A DNA stretch of 64,000 bases from Felis catus (Eukaryota). Positions 61,521-64,000 of the stretch are shown here, one piece after another. The first letter of the stretch is position 1, and each line of letters opens with the position of its first letter. The notes under the pieces are model-generated. The model did not search any database. It was not told the DNA's origin and saw only the letters and a list, made by a program, of their open reading frames with translations. Both the position numbers and the translations under genes were made by a program. Location: contig NC_058368.1 in assembly GCF_018350175.1 (NCBI RefSeq), positions 167,216,001 through 167,280,000 of the forward strand, written 5' to 3'.

Positions 61521-63502
61521 GGTAAAAGAAAAAAAGGAAATATAGAAATCTCTAATCCATGATATTTGGCATGTGCCTTAATTTTCTCATTAATTAATTT
61601 TCATTTTCTAATGATCATATCTTCTAAAATAAGCTTAAAAGTAGGTGGGTTGTTATCCTACCCACACATTTCCGGCATATGCTCATTAGCAGAAATGCTC
61701 CACCATGGAACTTGAGAGCAATTGCTTTAAGTCCTAAGAAGAATTATAAACAGAGCTAGTTCCAAAAGTGGAAGCAGGAAGAATGAGGAAGGACAGACTA
61801 CATCAAGTTTAATACCAAGACAGTCCTTAAAGAAGCATGAGGATCTTTTTGGTCTTCACCTGATATGCTAAAGTGATATTTCACTAGCTCTTTGTCAAGA
61901 TGATGTTCAATATAGTGAAGAACCAGAAGCACACAGACACCGGGCAATCAGAATAGATACTGTCCACAGCATTAGAGCAGTGGCAGAGCAGAGTGGCCTT
62001 GAGTAATCGCCTTGAGTGGCTATATCATGGAGACGTCTGGGTAGGGGTCTTCGGTCTAGGAGAAGATGGCCAGGGGTTGTTGGTGAGGAAGGCTACTCAG
62101 GACAGTGGCTATTTACTTACCAACTGGTACAGAAGTGATTCAATATTTTAACAACTTTTATGGCAGTACTGATCTTATTGTTTGCATTTCCCTCTGTCCC
62201 AGACACTGGATAACTTAACAAACAGCATTCTGTACTGGGTGTGTCCAGCAGAAATAGGCAGGAGCTGGTTTCACATAAAGTTTTGTCAGTTCTCCCCTTC
62301 TAATACTTGGCACTATTCACACAAGAACAATCAAATGTATTGGCTGGAAAGTTGCCCTCAGTGTGAGAGAACAAATTGATTCCCACAATATATTATTGCT
62401 GGAGTAACTAGCTGGACCAAACCAGCTCTGCTAGGAAAATACCACCCACCTCAGTCTGGTCAGCCTTGAACCAGACTGTTGTCCTCATGCAGACACCAAG
62501 CATAGTACAATACAGGATAGTTTGCCAGTGAGTGTTAGTGGGTTGGCCAATAATTAAGTAATAAAGGCATTGTACCGGCATCCTCACAGTTATTATTCTT
62601 GAACACTAAGCAACACAGCATCTACCTCAGATGTCATGTAAGAAGCACATTTATTTCTCTCAGGGAGTTTTATAAATACCTACACCCCAGTTTGAAATAA
62701 TCTGTAACAAAATTTCTGATAAAAGTCAAATACATCTCTCCATCTTTAAAATCCTTAAACCATATAACTTTTCAAATGTCCTAAAGTGATTATAATTCAT
62801 ATAAATAAACACATCAAAATACAGTGGAACATTTAGATTTGTAGAACACAAAATAAACTATTGTATTAATAGATGATTCCCATGGTGTTTTTGGACATAT
62901 TTTTGCTGGAAGCACCTCATAGATCAATGTAATATCTAGCTTTGTGATTTCTTCAAATATATTTTAATATATTGCTGGTGTTTTTCCCTTGCAGGGAAGA
63001 ACTAGGAAAACCAGTTACATTGGCCTAATTTTAAGGGTTTTGTAACATTTTTCCAGCTAATATTTTTACATTAAAGTTACTTTTTCTCTAAAGAAAAGTA
63101 ATTTAGTAAATCCCCTTTGTTTTTAGAATACTGTGGGAAATTCAGCACTATACACTCTTTCTTTGTGTTCATTATATTTTATGTAAATGTAATTGTAGTC
63201 ACTTTTTAAAAGTACAGTTTATAAAATCTTTAGTCATTAAAGTGAGTCTCTATAAAGATTGTAGTCACAAAGTGTATGTCTACAGCTTTTGTTTTGATTT
63301 AAATCATAGTTATTCCTTTTTAGCTGTCAAGCCCAATTTTTAATTCAATATAAATATCTGCTTCCTGTTGCATTAACACTCTAACATAAATTTAAGGATG
63401 AAAAATATGTTAAAAGATCAAAGCCAGTTTTAATGTTTAAACCACTTTGAAAAATGGATTTTAAACATTTCCATCTATCATATTAAAATGAAAAGAACAA
63501 CT

Positions 63503-63683
63503 GGGGTGCCTGGGTGGCTGAGTCGGTTGAGTGTCTGGCTTTGGCTCAGGTCGTGATCTCACAGTTTGTAGGTTCAAGCCCCACATCGGGCTCTGTGGTG
63601 ACAGTGCAGAGCCTGCTTGGGATTCTCTCTCTCCCTCTGTTTCTCTGCTCCTTCCCCACTTGCACACTCTCTCTCTCTCAAAA

Positions 63684-63718
<35 letters not shown>

Positions 63719-63740
63719 ACTTAAAAAGAATTTTAATAAA
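63503..63740 (+). mobile_element. CAN-SINE with an (AAAT)n tail
   Basis: Head ggggtgcctgggtggctgagtcggttgag; (AAAT)9 at 63681-63716. Confidence 0.95.
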
Positions 63741-63951
63741 AAGAAAATAACAACAAACTTTAGTTGCTTTTTAGACAAGAAGCATTCATCTAAATTAGCC
63801 TTTCAGTTCTGTGACTAGCTTGAATCTAAATTTTTCAATGAAAAAGAATAAAGGTGGTCACAGCCCCACTCACTACCTCATCTAAACAACCTAAAGCACT
63901 AGCTTAGATGCCTGAAATTAACAAAGAGTTTTATTTGTAATAACTCAAGGT

Positions 63952-64000
63952 GGGGCACCTGGGTGGCTCAGTCGGTTGGGCGTCCGACTCCAGCTCAGGT
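63952..64000 (+). mobile_element. CAN-SINE head, truncated by the window end
   Basis: ggggcacctgggtggctcagtcggttgggcgtccgactccagctcaggt. Confidence 0.92.

Noticed and set aside
62995..63028. Strong acceptor (tttttcccttgcAG) followed by EELGKPVTLA* as the last exon of the pseudogene
   Set aside because: Phase-compatible but too short and 28 kb from the last supported exon; no independent evidence.
1597..63778. Recurring ORFs such as GAWVAQSVKRPTSAQVMIS...SVLTAQSLEPASDSVSPSL as a gene family
   Set aside because: They are chance translations of CAN-SINE copies.

Overview
Mammalian nuclear DNA, almost certainly a felid: the young tRNA-derived SINEs are of the SINEC_Fc type and the L1 is carnivore-type. 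I find no intact protein-coding gene, RNA gene or CRISPR array. The ORF track is explained by SINE, L1, ERV and random frames. Much of the window is transposable-element derived: about 23 CAN-SINEs, one near-full-length but internally deleted L1 (13771-19818, minus), MLT1/MLT2/LTR33 solo LTRs, a two-LTR LTR16-type ERVL remnant, MER5/MER102/MER103-like DNA transposons, and many L2/MIR relics. The main non-repeat signal is a chain of at least 12 exon-like segments on the + strand from position 1 to about 34550. Many have good splice sites and compatible phases, but they carry in-frame stops and frameshifts. Read in order they show motifs resembling a Rab-GAP/TBC domain, so I interpret this as a probable decayed (unitary) pseudogene; this needs an alignment to confirm. 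Smaller items: a tail-less SINE with a target-site duplication (TSD), a four-layer TE nest with a possible L1 3' transduction, and recent tandem duplications with hairpin signatures. Repeat family names come from my recall of consensus sequences, not from a database search.
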